Source of the DNA: Camelus ferus
Lineage: Eukaryota
Reading direction: 5' to 3'
DNA length: 64,000 nucleotides
Assembly (NCBI RefSeq): GCF_009834535.1
Contig: NC_045696.1
Span: 1,364,001-1,428,000, forward strand
Made by a program: the position numbers and the translations under genes
Notes under the pieces: model-generated
What the model saw: the letters and a program-made list of their open reading frames with translations, nothing else
What the model was told of the DNA's origin: nothing
The model's database searches: none
Part shown: in pieces, positions 23,501-36,600 of the stretch
Numbering within the stretch: the stretch's first letter is position 1
How the letters are laid out: every line of letters begins with the position of its first letter

Positions 23501-23936
23501 CAGTGCTTTCTAGAATAAGAGTGATGAAGACAAATTTGAACGCGGCAGCCTTTGACATAGGTGCAAATTCGTTCAGAGTGGGTCACTTTAACTCTGCCAC
23601 TGCAAGCAGGAAACAAGCGAACTTCTGGACTCAAATCTGGCGTTTATGAACAATTTTTTTCTTTAAACATAAATAGTACGGATAGCCCAGCAAATATAGG
23701 TGGTCTGGTTATTTTCTGAGCATACGGAGAAACATAATGATTTAGGCTCAGCTTACTGACAGCATTTTATGTGGTTCTTTTCAACCAAAATTAATGTAAA
23801 TACCATAAAAACGTTGAACTGAAGATTTGGTTTTTAAAGAGAACTTTTGTGGCAAACATGGTATTTCTTTGAATGGCTCTTAGGGTTTTTTTTAAAACAA
23901 ATTTTCCTGTTTTTCTTCCAGTGAGTTTCTCTGGGG

Positions 23937-23964
23937 TTTTTTTTTTTTTTTTTTTTTTTTTTTT
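23937..23964. repeat. Poly(T) tract (~28 nt)
   Basis: Uninterrupted T run. Confidence 0.9.
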
Positions 23965-26044
23965 GGATCCCTGTACAACTTTGCTCTGACCACACTTATT
24001 TTTCTAAATTCTTTTGTAATCGAACACTGTATTTTCAGTTGGTACCAGAACTATGTGAAAGTTTCCTCAACCAACGAGTCAAAATGTTCACGAGATGGGC
24101 TGGTGTCTGGCTCTCCCTGCGCGGCGTGTCCGAATCCTGCCCGGATGGCTGTGACTTTTTCTGGAAATGGGCTGGACGGGGCAAGGTGGGTGGAATCTGC
24201 CACGGAGCCGCCAGCATCCCGAAATGAAGGGATTTCAAAGTGAGGAAGAGAAGCCAGCCCTCCTACCGAAGCTGCTCTCAAGGGAAAGGGCCTTGGGCGG
24301 GAAAACCAGATCAGAAGAAGATACATTTAACTTGTAAGCGTAATAATGACCTTGTTGATCGATAACAATCTCCGCTCAGCGTAGTTTAACGTGGTGAACC
24401 CAAAATACAATTTAAAGCTGCAGCTATCAGATGTGGACTTCCCCTTGCAAGTTATTTCTTACCGAAGGAATGCATCACCCAGTGATGGAAACCTAGCTCA
24501 GGGGCTTTCTTTCTCTTCTCCGCGGGATGCTTAGGGTCCACCCCCAGACCGAGAGAGCCGTCTCGTGCTTTTAGCGTAGCAGCCGGCCAATTCCTCCGTC
24601 TCAGGGTTCTTGAAATGTTGAAACGCCTTCTGCAGAGGAATCTGAAAAGTTAACCACCCGACCTCATGTTGGCCCAAGAAACGTAATCTTTGGTGACAAG
24701 ATAAAAACTACTCCAAAATTCTATTTTATCGAGCTCCTCCGATTAATAATTATACAATCACATAGTGGAAGTGGCTTTTGTGTTATAGCTTCAGGCTCCC
24801 CAGTCTTGCCACTGTAGCTCCTGGACACCAAATAAGAAAGGCCAGCAGGAAAGGGGGGATATACGCGTTGGCAATAGTTCTGACTCTCAGCACATTTGGT
24901 GTCAACACCCAATAGTTTGAGAACAACTTGGGATGTATCTGTTTTATTTTAAAAATGTAAGAAATTTGCCTCTGCCTTGGGTGCTAGTCTCGTGTCCTCT
25001 TTAAGCCGCACGCCCTGAGCACCACCATGGCGCTGAGCCCAGCTACACGGGGCACCCCTCTTCCCCGCCATCACTCACCACCCTGCCTAGTGCACACCCC
25101 CCGCTGTCACGTACACCTGCACCTGTCATCTGCTCTACCGATTTTAAGTCATGGCTGTGAGGGTGAGGAACTCAGCAGACTTTTCCTGTTTCCCAGCTGC
25201 TTGGGAAACCTTTTCACTCCAAACCATGGTTGGTGCTACGATTTCTCTGCGGTCACACACCTATCACCTTACATTCTTAGACATCCATCCTAGCCACGTT
25301 TGGTGATGTTTTCCAATTCATTTCTCGGTTGGCTGCGGTTCGCACTCTAGCCCGAGCTTCTGCACGCCGGGAAGCGTGCGTTCGTTGCCTTGCACCCGCG
25401 ACAGTTCGGCTGGGTATAAAGCTGTGTGCGCACGGCTTCCCCGGGGACCTCACCGGGATTGCCCTGTTATCCTGCAGCGTCAGTTGCCGTGGTGAAGAGT
25501 CTGAGGACAGGCTGATCTTTCTCTCTGTAACTGGCTTTTTGCTCTTACTGGGCTGCTGAGAAAAGATTAGTGTTTTAATTGTTTGAGGTCTGGTGAACGT
25601 CCAGGTGTCTTAGGGTTGGCAAGGCTGTGGGGTGTTCGTTGTTCTTGAGATGCAGTGTGACTTCTTTAATCTGTAAATTTAGGTCTTATTGTAAGGAGTG
25701 TTCTTGAGTTCTGTGCCCTAATACTTGCTCTGTTCCACTGGTGCAATCTTCTTCCTGGGGGCTCCAGTTCTGCACATGCTGACTCTCTTTTGACTGTCCT
25801 CCATGTCAAGCATTTTCTCTTCAATCGCCTTTGTAAGAAAATGTTGTGCTGTGGAAGATTTCAAACATATTACACAGAACTGTGTGATACACTCTATGTA
25901 TCGGACACTTCGATACGCAGTACCATTTTTCCATCCTTGAAAGTCTGTACTTCCACTTATTCCCCACCCTTCAGCCAATTGCTATCACTATTTTAATCTT
26001 TTATGTAGATTTATGTACATTGAAATGCACAAATCTTAGCCATA

Positions 26045-29000
26045 AATTTTTAATTGACTTATTTTTAGAGCAATTTCAGTTTCATAGCAAAATTGAGCAA
26101 AAAATGCAGATGGTTCCTATCGCTCCTGCCGCCACACGTGCACACCCTCCGCCGTTATCATGCCTCCCACCAGGTGGTGTGTTTGTTATCAGTGACCCTG
26201 CACTGGCACATCCTCACCCAAGGTCCATAGTTTGCATTAGGGTCCACTCTTGGTGCTGCACAGTCTGTTGGTTCTGACGGATGTGTAATGACATGTATCC
26301 ATCACTGTAGGCCCATACAGAGTAACTCCTCTGCCCTGAAAGTCCTCTGTGTTCTGCCTATTCATCTCTCTCTCCCTTCTAACCACTGGCAACCACTGAC
26401 CTTTTTACTGTCTTCATAGTTTTACCTTCTCTAGAATGTCATATGGTTGGACTTATACAGTATTCTTCTTCCTTCTCAGATTGACTTCTTTTATGTAGGA
26501 ATATGTAGTTGAGTTTCCCCCATATCTTTTCATGGTTTGATAGTTCATTCCTTTTTGGTGCTGAGTAATATTCCATTGTCTGGCTGGACCACAGTTTATT
26601 TATCCATTCACCTCCTGAAGGATGTCTTGGTTGTTTCCAAGTCTGGGCAATTATGAATAAAGATGCTTTGAAGATCATTGTGCAGGGTTTCGTATGGACG
26701 TGAGTTTTTAACTTCTTTGTGCAAATACCAAGGAGCATGACTGCTGGATCGTAGGGTCAGGGCATGTTTAGTTTTGTGAGAAACCACCAAACTGTCTTCC
26801 AAAGCAGCTGCACCGTCCTGCATTCCCACTGGCAGTGAATGAGCGTCCCTGCTGCTCCACATCCTCACCAGCATTTGGTGACATTGGTGTCTGGGTTTTG
26901 GCCATTCTAATGGGTGTGTCATCGTTTCTCATTGTTTTACTTTTGTCTCCCTGATAACGTCTGAAGTGGAACATCTCTTCATGTGCTTCTTTGCCGTGTG
27001 TGTATCTTCTTTGATGAGACGTCTGTTAAGGTTTTGAGCCTTTTTTAAAAATCAGGTGGTTTGTTTTCTTATTTTTGACTTTTAAGGGTTCTCTGTATAT
27101 TGTGGACAACAGTCCTTTGTCAGATATGAGCTTTGCAAATATTTTCTCCCAATCTGTGGATTGACTTTTTATTCTGACAGTGTCTTTCACAGAGCAGAAC
27201 ATTTAAATCTTGATGAAGGCCACCAGTTCTTCTTTTTGAGGATCATGCCTTTGGTGTTGTAGCTAAAAAGTCATCGCCAAACCCGAGGCCCACCAGGTCT
27301 TCTCCCCTGTTTTCTGCTAAGAATTGTACAGTTTTCATTTTACGTTTAGGGCTGTGAGCCGCTGTGAGTTAACTGTTGTGGTGGGTGGAAGCTCTGTGTC
27401 TAGATTTACTTTTTATATGGTGTCCAATTGTTCTGGCACCATTTGTTGAAAAGGCTCTTTGCCCCACTGTATTTTTGGTTAAAGACGCGTTGACCATTTT
27501 TACATGGTTCTATTTCTGGGCTCTCTGCCCTGGTTGTTGATCTATTTGTCTTCCCCTGCAGCTTTACAGTAAGTCTTGAAGTTGGAGTCTCAGTCTTCCG
27601 ACTTTGTCCTTCTGCTTCCATATTGTATTGGCTGTTCTGGGTCTTTGTCGCTCTACATAAACTTTACAATCAGTTTGTTGATAGCCTCAAAACAACCTTC
27701 TGGGGTTTTCATTGGAACTGCACTGAATCTATACAGCAGGTTGGGAAGAACTGATATCTTGACAATCTTGACTCTTTCTATCTATGGACATGAAATACCT
27801 CTGTATTTCCTTAATTCTTTGATTTCTTTCATCAGTGCTTTATCGTTTTCCTCATATAGATCTTGTATACATTGTGTCAGATTTATAAATAAATATTTTA
27901 TTTTGAGGGGTGCTAATGTAAATGATACTGTTCTTTTAATTTCAAATCTCACTTCCTCGTTGCTGGTGTATAGAAAAACAGTGAATATTTGTATGCGGAT
28001 CTTGTAAACGGCAGCCTTCCTGTAATCACTTATTAGTTCTGGTTTTTGTGGGACTTTTTTTTTTTTTTTTTTTGGTCAATTCTTTTGAAATTTCTACCTA
28101 GATACTCACATTATTTGGGAACAGACAATTTTATTTCTTCTTTCCCAGTCCCTTTTATTTCCTTTCCTCATCTTACTGTGTTGGGTAAGACTTCTGATGT
28201 GATGTTGAAAGGAGGTAAGAGAGGACATTCTTGCCCTTCACTTGATCTTAGTGGGAAAGCCTCGTGTTTCCCACTATTAACTAGGATGCTAGCTGTAGGA
28301 ATTTTTGTGGGTGTTCTTTATCCAGCTGAGGAAGTTCCTTACTGAGAGTTCACTGAGAGTGTTTATCACAAATAGGTGTTGGATTTCGTCAGATACAACT
28401 TGACATCTGCACCTATGGACATGACCGTGTGATTTTTCTTCTCCAGCCTGTTGGCGTGGTGGATTGTATTAGCTGACTTCGGATGTCGCGTCAGCCTTGG
28501 ATACCAGGACAAACCTCACGTGGTTGTGGTGTATGATTCTTTTTATACATTGTTGGAGTGGATTTGCTAATGTTTTGTTGAGGATTTTCACACCTATGTT
28601 CACGAGAGTATCTTTGTCTGGTTTTGGTGTTAGGGCAATGCTGGCCTCACAGGGTGAGTTAAGAAGTGTTACCTCCGCTTCTGTCTTCCAGAAGAGATTG
28701 CGGAGAATTGATGCAGTGTCTTCCTTAGATGTTTGGCAGACTTCGCCAGTGAACCCGTCTGGGCTCGGTGCTCTCTGTTCTGGACGGCGTTAATTCTTGA
28801 CTCGATCTCCTTAGAAGACATAGGCCTGTTCAGCTTGTCTGCTTCTTCTTGTGTGAGTTTTGGCAGGTTGTGTCTTTCAAGGAGTTGGTCGTTCTCGCCT
28901 AGGATATCAAATTTGTGAGCGTAGGTTGTTCATAATATTTTTATCATCACTTTGATGTCTTTGGGATCTGTAATGGTGTCCTCTCTCTCATTTCTGATGT

Positions 29001-29700
29001 TAGTAATCTGCGTCCTCTCTTTTTTCTTAGTTAGCCTGGGTAGAGGCTTATTGCTGTACTGATCTTTTCAAAGAACCAGCTTTTGGTTTTGTTGATTTCA
29101 TCTATAGATTTCCTGTTTTCAATTTCATTGACCTCTGTTCTAATCTAGTTATGATTTCTTTTCTTCCTACTTTGGATTTAATTAGTTCTTCTTTTTCCTA
29201 CTTTCCTAAGGTAGAAGCTTAGGTGATTGATTCTAGATTTTTGTTTGTTTTCTGATATATTGATTCAATGCTATAAATTTCTCTCTAAGAAATGCTTTCA
29301 CTGCATCACGCAAATTCTGATAAGCTGTTTTCATTTCTATTAACCAAGATATTTTAAAATTTCTCTTGAGATTTCCTTCTTGATCGTGAATTATTTAGAA
29401 GTGTGCTCCTTAGTTTCCACGTGTTTGGGGATTTTTCCAACTACCTTTCTGCCAGTGATTTCTGATTTAAGTCCACCGTGGTCTGAGAGCATACAGGGTA
29501 TGATTTCTATTTTTTTTTAAGTGTGTTAAGGTATATTTATGGCCCAGAATGTGGTCTGTCTTGGTGACTGTTTCATGGGAACTTGAGGAGAATATGTGTC
29601 CTGCTGTTGCTGGACGAAGTAGTTTGTAGCCATCAGCTGTATCCAGTTGATTGATGGTGTTGTTGGTTCAACTATGACCTCACTGATGTTCTGCCTGGTG
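26045..29700 (-). mobile_element. Long L1 (L1MC-like): 3'UTR plus ~3 kb of decayed ORF2
   Basis: 3' end TTTTTAGAGCAATTTCAGTTTCATAGCAAAATTGAGC. ORF 26439-26738 (TWKQPRHPSGGEWINKLW..TMEYYSA) and 27406-27621 (SPEIEP...KSLFNKWCQNNW) are L1 ORF2 motifs. Continuous T-rich antisense L1 composition. Confidence 0.93.
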
Positions 29701-31249
29701 GAGGCTTCATTTCTCAGTCAGTTGTTTGAATCGCTGTTATCAGCAGCTGTGTTCCCATAGCTGCTGTCACAGGTTCCTAGTGAGCTCTGGTTTTCAGCGC
29801 TTTGGCTGTGATAGACTTAGCTGTGGCTCTCATCGTATTTATTCTGCTTGGGTTTGCTGAGCTTCTTAAATCTCTCAATTTATGTTTTCCATCAAAATTG
29901 GGATTTTTTTTCCAGCTGTTATTTCTCTCCCCTCTGCCACAACTGGGGGCAGAATGCGTTATATTTCATTCTTTTGTTCAAAAGGAGATCACAATAGAAA
30001 TATTTTTAAATATTAAGGCAAAAAGAACAGGGGGAGAATCAGCTGCAGCCTGACATCTCTCAGAGAAGGATCATGTTCCCTGATCAAGTACATGTAACTC
30101 CACATTAAAATGTCTTCAGATGCAAATAAGCAGCTCTCACTTTATTTTTAATGTTGAAAATAGTTTACTGATTTATATTTAAACTGACAACTAACTCATC
30201 TTTGTGCAAACAACAGTCCAGACCGTCCTGTGGCTCGAGTGCCAGGCCAGGGCAGGTCCCCCGGGCCCTGTCGCATCCACTCAGGGCTCTGCATCCCCGG
30301 GGAGGCCACGGCGGGGCTGGGGACGGACACACGGTGATTGCGGTGGCCTCTGGTGCTCTGTGAGGGTAGATGGAGTCTGTCATGTTATTTTCCACTTTCC
30401 TCTGGCTGGGTGTTAAACGCACTAAACAGAGAGGAAACAATCCAAAGTGGAAGGTCGCAGTGGCCCCGAGCTTACCTACCCCAGAGCCCTGGATCTGTAG
30501 GTCACATCCTGGTCCCTGCCTGCTTCCCGCCGCACGGGCTCTGGGCTGCACGAAACCCGCCACTGAGGGCAAGGCCTGCACCGCCTCTCTCTGTCCTCTC
30601 CCGCATCTCACCTGCTCTCCAGGCCAAAGAGATGGGATCTACTTCAGACAATCACGGCTCCGCTGTTGTGGCGGGGGTGCAAAGGTCTTGGAGTTGACTC
30701 CAGGTTGCCTGGGAGGCGTGAGAGAGGGAACAGGCCTCGAAGAACTCGCAAGCAGCCCCACCTACTGCAGGCCAGCCCCCTGAGCCTCTCACGGGGCGGG
30801 CGCTGGGCTCCTGGCCGGGCAGGGTCCCTGAAATCGAAACCGGGCAGAGAGAGGAGTGTTTACGTAGGAGAGCTTACAAGACCTGCTCCGCCAGCTTCAC
30901 ACACACCGAGCAGTGATGCTAGCATCCCGAGGGAGCGCCTCCCAGACACTCATAAGACAACGAGATGCGAGAAGGCCACGAGCCACCGACGGTTTCCCTC
31001 ACGGTCAGAAGGAGCCCTGTGAACCCATGGGTCGGTCTAGGCAGTAACGAGGCTCCTCTCCTGACCTCAGGCCACTGGTTAACTTGCTCAGATGGGGCTT
31101 CCAGTCACACGAGTGAAACATTCTGGTCAAAAGGATTAACCTGAAAAGTTATTTGCTACAGTTTTACATTTGCTTTTTTTTTAGATTTTCTTTTTTTTTT
31201 TTAAATCTTTTTATTGTAACTTAAAACATAGAAAGCAAGAAAACCACAC

Positions 31250-31269
31250 CAAAAAAAAAAAAAAAAAAG
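31250..31269 (+). mobile_element. Orphan poly(A) insertion with target-site duplication
   Basis: C-A18-G flanked by perfect GAAAACCACAC at 31239-31249 and 31270-31280. Confidence 0.65.
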
Positions 31270-32084
31270 GAAAACCACACAAAACAAATACAGCAGAAGG
31301 AATGCTTACAGAGTGACCACCTGTTCAGAAGCAGAGCATTGCCGGCCCCCAGTGGCCCCTCCGCAAGGCCCCCCAGTCTCCTCTCCCTGTAACCAGGACC
31401 CGACCTTCATGGGAACCACCTGTGTGCACTCCGTCCGGCTTGGCCACCTGCAGTTGGGTCTTTTCTTGCCCAAGCTTCCAGGTAACTAGAGTGCCGTTCA
31501 GGTGTCTTTGGATCCACGGGGCCTCCCTCCATCCCCAGCTGGTCCCTCCTGGGCTGCCTGGCGGCTGAGCGCAGCCTTGTGGGTTCCACACGCACCTCTG
31601 TGCACTGTCTCCCGGGGGCTGGCGGGTGGTCGGGGGGAGACAGGCTCAGGTTGCAGGCTTCTGCCAGGACTCCAGGAGGCGTGGCGGGTTGTCTCTGATG
31701 TTAGCCGCCGTGGACTCAGCACTTCCACCGCTGAAGGCGCTGGGTTTCCACGGCCATAGCCTCACTTCAGTCTTCCTTCTCCAACCCCAATCCGACCACA
31801 ACCGATAGTTCTAATGTCTCCCCTTCTGCTAGCTGGGTGCCCGTGGCAGGCACTTGTAAAAAGCAGGACAAACACTGACTGTCCCTTCACTCACCAGTTT
31901 TGCGGTAACGAGCTGGTTCCCTGTCCCTCTGAAGACAGCTATTTCTTTTTATTTAATAAGATTGTGAATTTATGGGATTAGGGACGTATGATGGGTTTAA
32001 GAATCTTCCCATGATCATTATTGAAGCTTAAATTGTGCTTGTGAGAAACTTTCCAATTGAGCTCCTGAGTCTTTGTTTAAAATA

Positions 32085-32375
32085 CATTTTTAGTTTTAGA
32101 GCACTTCCAGATTTACAGACAGTTTGCAGAGGCAGTACAGGGGTGTCCATACGCCCTGCACCCAGTTTGCTCCGCTGTTAGCATGTCACCAGGGACCTTT
32201 GTCACAACCGATCACCCAGCACCACTACCATACAAGAGGCGTACGGTCGTGCATTCCTCACGTTTCCTTGGCTTTTCTGTCCTAGGGCCCCGTCTAGGAC
32301 ATCACCTTACTTCTGTCATCAGGTTTCCTTCGGCTCCTTCTGGCTACGACAGCTTCTCACACTTCCTTGCTTCAG
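32085..32375 (-). mobile_element. Old L1 (L1MC-like) 3' end
   Basis: TTTTAGAGCACTTCCAGATTTACAGACAGTTTGCAGAGGCAGTACAG...CACCCAGTTT...TTTGTCACAACC. Confidence 0.65.
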
Positions 32376-32382
32376 ACGACTC

Positions 32383-32482
32383 GGGCAGGGAGGACGGGCA
32401 GGCGGGGAGGCTGGGCAGGCGGGGAGGACGGAGAGGACGGGCAGCCGGGGAGACCCGGGCAGGCGGGCAGCACCGGGGAGGC
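32383..32482. repeat. G-rich degenerate tandem repeat (GGGCAGGCGGGGAGGAC-like unit)
   Basis: About 6 degenerate copies visible. Confidence 0.8.
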
Positions 32483-33553
32483 GTTGCAGAGCACCCTTCA
32501 GTCTGGGTTTGTCTGCTGTCTTTCCTGCATCCTTCTGAGGCGACCCCCGTTGATGCCTCAGTGTCTGCCAGGACAAGTCCTCACTCTCTGCTCCTCCCTT
32601 TCAACCTTGGCTTAAGTATGTGTGGCTCTCTATTCTCTCTCATACAAAGACAGAATTAGTTTTATCGGAAAGAAATGCAGCTAGAATCTGGTTGGGATTG
32701 CATGACATTTCAAGACCAGTTTGCAGAGAGTCGTGGCTACTGCGCGGTTGGGTCTGGGTTAGCTGGAGCACCTCCTCCGAGCACCAGGCTGTGCTTTTCC
32801 TCTGTGCCGTCTCCCCCTCCAGCCCCTCCTGCCCTTCCCAGGGACAAGCAGGCCTGGAGCGGCCCCTGAGACCCTGGGGGTCGGGGGGCAGTGAATGCTG
32901 GAGGCCAGGCCAGCCCCACCTGCTTGCCTCCACACCTGTCCTGTGGAGATATCTGTGCTTTTCACTCCCAAGGGCGTTGCCCCGGGTCCGAGACCCTGGG
33001 AGGTGAGAGTGATGTGGAAACAGGCCAGACTCAGGCTGTTTTTCCCGATTTTTATTTTCCCACAGCTGCAGCCCCTCCTCACCCTAGACTGTACCTGCCA
33101 CCACACACTCACACGCACGTGCACACTTCACAGAAACACACACAAGGTCACTGTACAGCCTCTGACCCACTAGAACAAGGACTGAGCTGGCTTGTCCCCA
33201 AACACCCAGGACTCAAGATAAGTAATATTTTAGTTAGATATTTACAAGATTGAATTGGATGTAATGAGCCAGAAGGAACCAAGGCAGGCAGGCTACTGAC
33301 CCCTCGGCCCCCAGCCTTGGCCCACTCCCCCTGGCGGGTGACCATGACCCTCCCTGCCTTCACCACTGTTCATTTCTAGGTGACAAGATGTCCCCACGAC
33401 AGTCCCTCGGGGCCAGTCGGGACAGGGCCAGCATCCTGGCAGGGTTGGTTGAATTCTCCTCATTTCTTTCTTCTGAAGCGGATTTTGGGGGAAGGGCAAG
33501 GGAAAGGTGGCACGTCCAAGCCGGTAGGAGACTGTCCAGAAGGAGGGCAAGCA

Positions 33554-33589
33554 GCCCGCACAGAACCGCCCGCACAGAACCGCCCGCAC
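33554..33589. repeat. 14-bp tandem duplication GCCCGCACAGAACC x2.5
   Basis: Exact copies at 33554-33567 and 33568-33581, plus a partial third. Confidence 0.9.
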
Positions 33590-36514
33590 GGGCAGCCCTG
33601 AGCGCCCGTGGGACCCCGAGCTCCCCGAGGCCAAGCGATTTTTCAATTACGTGTGATTTTGTTATTTTTCCTTTTTCTTCCCAGAATCACCCGGGGGTGG
33701 AGGGGCTGTCAGCAAAGGCCAGACAAAGGGAAAAGTCCAGCTCTCGCGTCTGGGCTGCTTTGGATTTATCTGCAGGCGAAATAACAAAACCCTTGGAGGC
33801 ACTCTTAAAGTGGTGAGGAAGGAATTCATCACCTTACGGAAATTGAGAAATGAATGAAAGTAATTCAGTTAAACTGCAAAATGTGAATTTAGACGGAAAA
33901 CTTCAGGCTGAAAATAAACGTTTGCAGAGCCTTAAAACAGCAGCCGCCTCAGTGAGGGCTGTCTTCCACCCTAATCCCCGCTCTCACGTCCACAGACAGA
34001 GAGACGCCTGTGCCGGGCGCGGCCCGGGAAGCCGCGGCTCCCACCCTCTGTGGCTTCGCCCCGGAAACAGAAGCCCAGGGCCTCTCCAGACTCCATGGCT
34101 GGCCGTCTGCACCACGTCCCCTCCGCCACCCTGGGCACCAGCGTGTGTGCCTCGCCCACGGTGGCTTTTGCCCTGGCTGTGTTTGGTGGCAGAAACTCTT
34201 TCCCAGAAGAAGATCCTACCCACCCCTGTCACTCAGATGAAAAAGGAGCTTGTGGGGCCAGCCTTGCCCACCTGCGGGGCCCTGGGTCGCCCGTCCCCTC
34301 TGGAGCCCAGTGACACCCTGTGGCCTGGCACGTGGGAGGCAGCCACGGGCAGCACGTGGTCAAGGCTGGGGGCCCCGATTCTCCTATTACCCAACAGTGT
34401 ATCTCTGTCTTCTGATGAAACTTTATTTCTACTTCATTTCATCCTCCCCATTTACTTTTTAAAATCACAAACATAGAATCCAAAGTAAGGGCTGAAAAAT
34501 TACAGAAGTAACTGTAAATACTCAGATCATGACCTAAAAGGACGCAGGCTGGAAAGCCATCCCCACTGCCTGCCTCCTGCGCCCCCAGCGCCCCTCCCCA
34601 GGAGGACGCGGGCGGCTGGCTGACTTTGCTCCGCTCCTCCGGGGTGGCCACCTAGCCAGCAGCCAGAGCTTCACAGAATAATAATGACAGTTCTTTTGAA
34701 AATTAACAACAATTCCACTTTAGGGTAGATAATTCCTTTACAGAGCTCGGAATAAAGGCACTCCGCCTCCCCCAGCCCCCATCAGCGCCAGTATCAGGCC
34801 CCGCGGTCTTTCCAGGGGCTTCCTGCGCGGGGGGCTGTGCTCATGGGCCTGCCCGGACAAGCCCTTGCTCAGAAGGAGCGCCCCCCGGCTTCACATCTGA
34901 ATACCATCCGCTGCGAAAACAGCGCAGGGCAGGCGGGCTGCAGGCGGTACCTGACCTTGGGTCCGACTGATGGCTTGGTGGAAGCCTTGCGCTCACGTGG
35001 GCTGGACCTGCAGGAAAGGCTCCTGGATGTGGGCACGTGAGGCCTGTGGGGGGCATGTCTGTGTGACGGGCCCACTTCCCAAGGCCACAGCGCAGCAGGC
35101 TTTTCTTTGTTAAAGCATTAGGCTCCTGAATGTGGGCTTCTGGCGCCCTTTTTCCCGTTGTCTGTCCTTCTGTGCAGCGCTTCGCGCCATGGCTGAGTCA
35201 GCCGGAAGGAAGGGGGCCTCGCGGATGAGCGGTGCCGCCGAAGAGCCGGGACACGGGGGAGCCCTCGCCTCACACGCTCCGGCCGCCACGCTGCTGCCCC
35301 GGGCGGCTTTCGGCACCGGGTGCCCCTTCCCTCGCACGCATCTGGTGTATCTTGGGGTTTCTAGTTGCTTTCCTTTCTTTTTCTTGATGACAGAAATATG
35401 TGTGTTCATCCCAGCTCATCCGCTTTATAATTATTCTGTTGTTGCAAGGACTGTCCCTGGGTTGGCGCCCCTGCTCCAGGGGCCCCGACTGCCTTTCTTG
35501 GACGGTGCTGTCTGCACAGGGGCCACCTCGTCGGCCAGCAATCTGCGACCTTGGGTGTGGGCGGGAGCACGTCCCCTCCGTCCCACGCCCCCTTCTTCCT
35601 CCTAAGCTTCGTTTCAAGTCGGGTGGGAAGCGTGTGTTCTGAGCTCCCGCAGGTCTGCCCGCGGGTCTGCCTTGCCGTCGGCTTTGATGGACTGTTCAGC
35701 CAGGTGTCGAATTGTAGCTTCCCAGTCACCGTTTCCTGGAAGGGCCAAGGCCGTCCTGCAGAAATCCGACTGCCAGCGATGCCGAGCCAGAGGGGCCGAG
35801 CCAGTGGGGCCTGAGCCAGCGGGGCCCTGCCCCTCTGTGGGCAGCTCACTCCTCCTCTGGCCCAGCTCTGACCATCTTCCCTCTGCCCCAGAGTCCCCGG
35901 ACCTCAGCGGGCGCCTCAGCGGTGGGCCTTCTGTCCTTCACCCTGTTCAGGACGCTGTGGCCTTTCAGCCTGAGACGCTTCGACTCTGGGACATTGTCTC
36001 CTATTAATTCTCTTAGTCTTCCCTCCCCCGTTGTCTGTCTCCTCATTCTGGAACTTTCCTCGGTGGGGGGTGCAATACCTGGAAAAGCCTCCTGGTTTCC
36101 TAATTTGTCCCAAATTCATCCACACCTTTGCGTTCTCTGCATTTCAGAAGATTGCTTCCTCTTTCTCCTCCGGCTCCCCACTGAATTTTTACTGAGAGAA
36201 TCACGTTTCCAGTTTCAAGGCTTCTGGCTCGTTCTCCAGTTGTTGCTTCTTCCCCGAAGAACCCTGTCCTTGCCACAGGTGTGAGGTCACCGTGGGCCTG
36301 TTCCAGTAACAACTGTGGCTTCCACAGGTTCTTCCAGCTCTAAACGTTAGGTGTCTATGAGCACCTGGGCCTCGTTCCCACTGCGGTGCCTGAGGGGCAG
36401 TCTGGAGCAGCTGCGAAGGAAGAGCTGGGCTTGGCTCTGACTCTGCCAGCACTCAGCCTCAAGCATGCAGCCCACGCTTGGAGTGTCGCTGTGTCCTATG
36501 TAATAGGTTGGTTT

Positions 36515-36600
36515 TAAAAATTCAGCTCAAGAGATATGTACTGACACCCGCTGTGCTGGGTGCTGGGGACACAAAGAGAGGCAACCGACAAGGGAGAAGG
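36515..36600 (-). mobile_element. L2 3'-end remnant
   Basis: ATTCAGCTCAAGAGATATGTACTGACACCCGCTGTGCTGGGTGCTGGGGACACA resembles the L2 tail. Confidence 0.5.
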
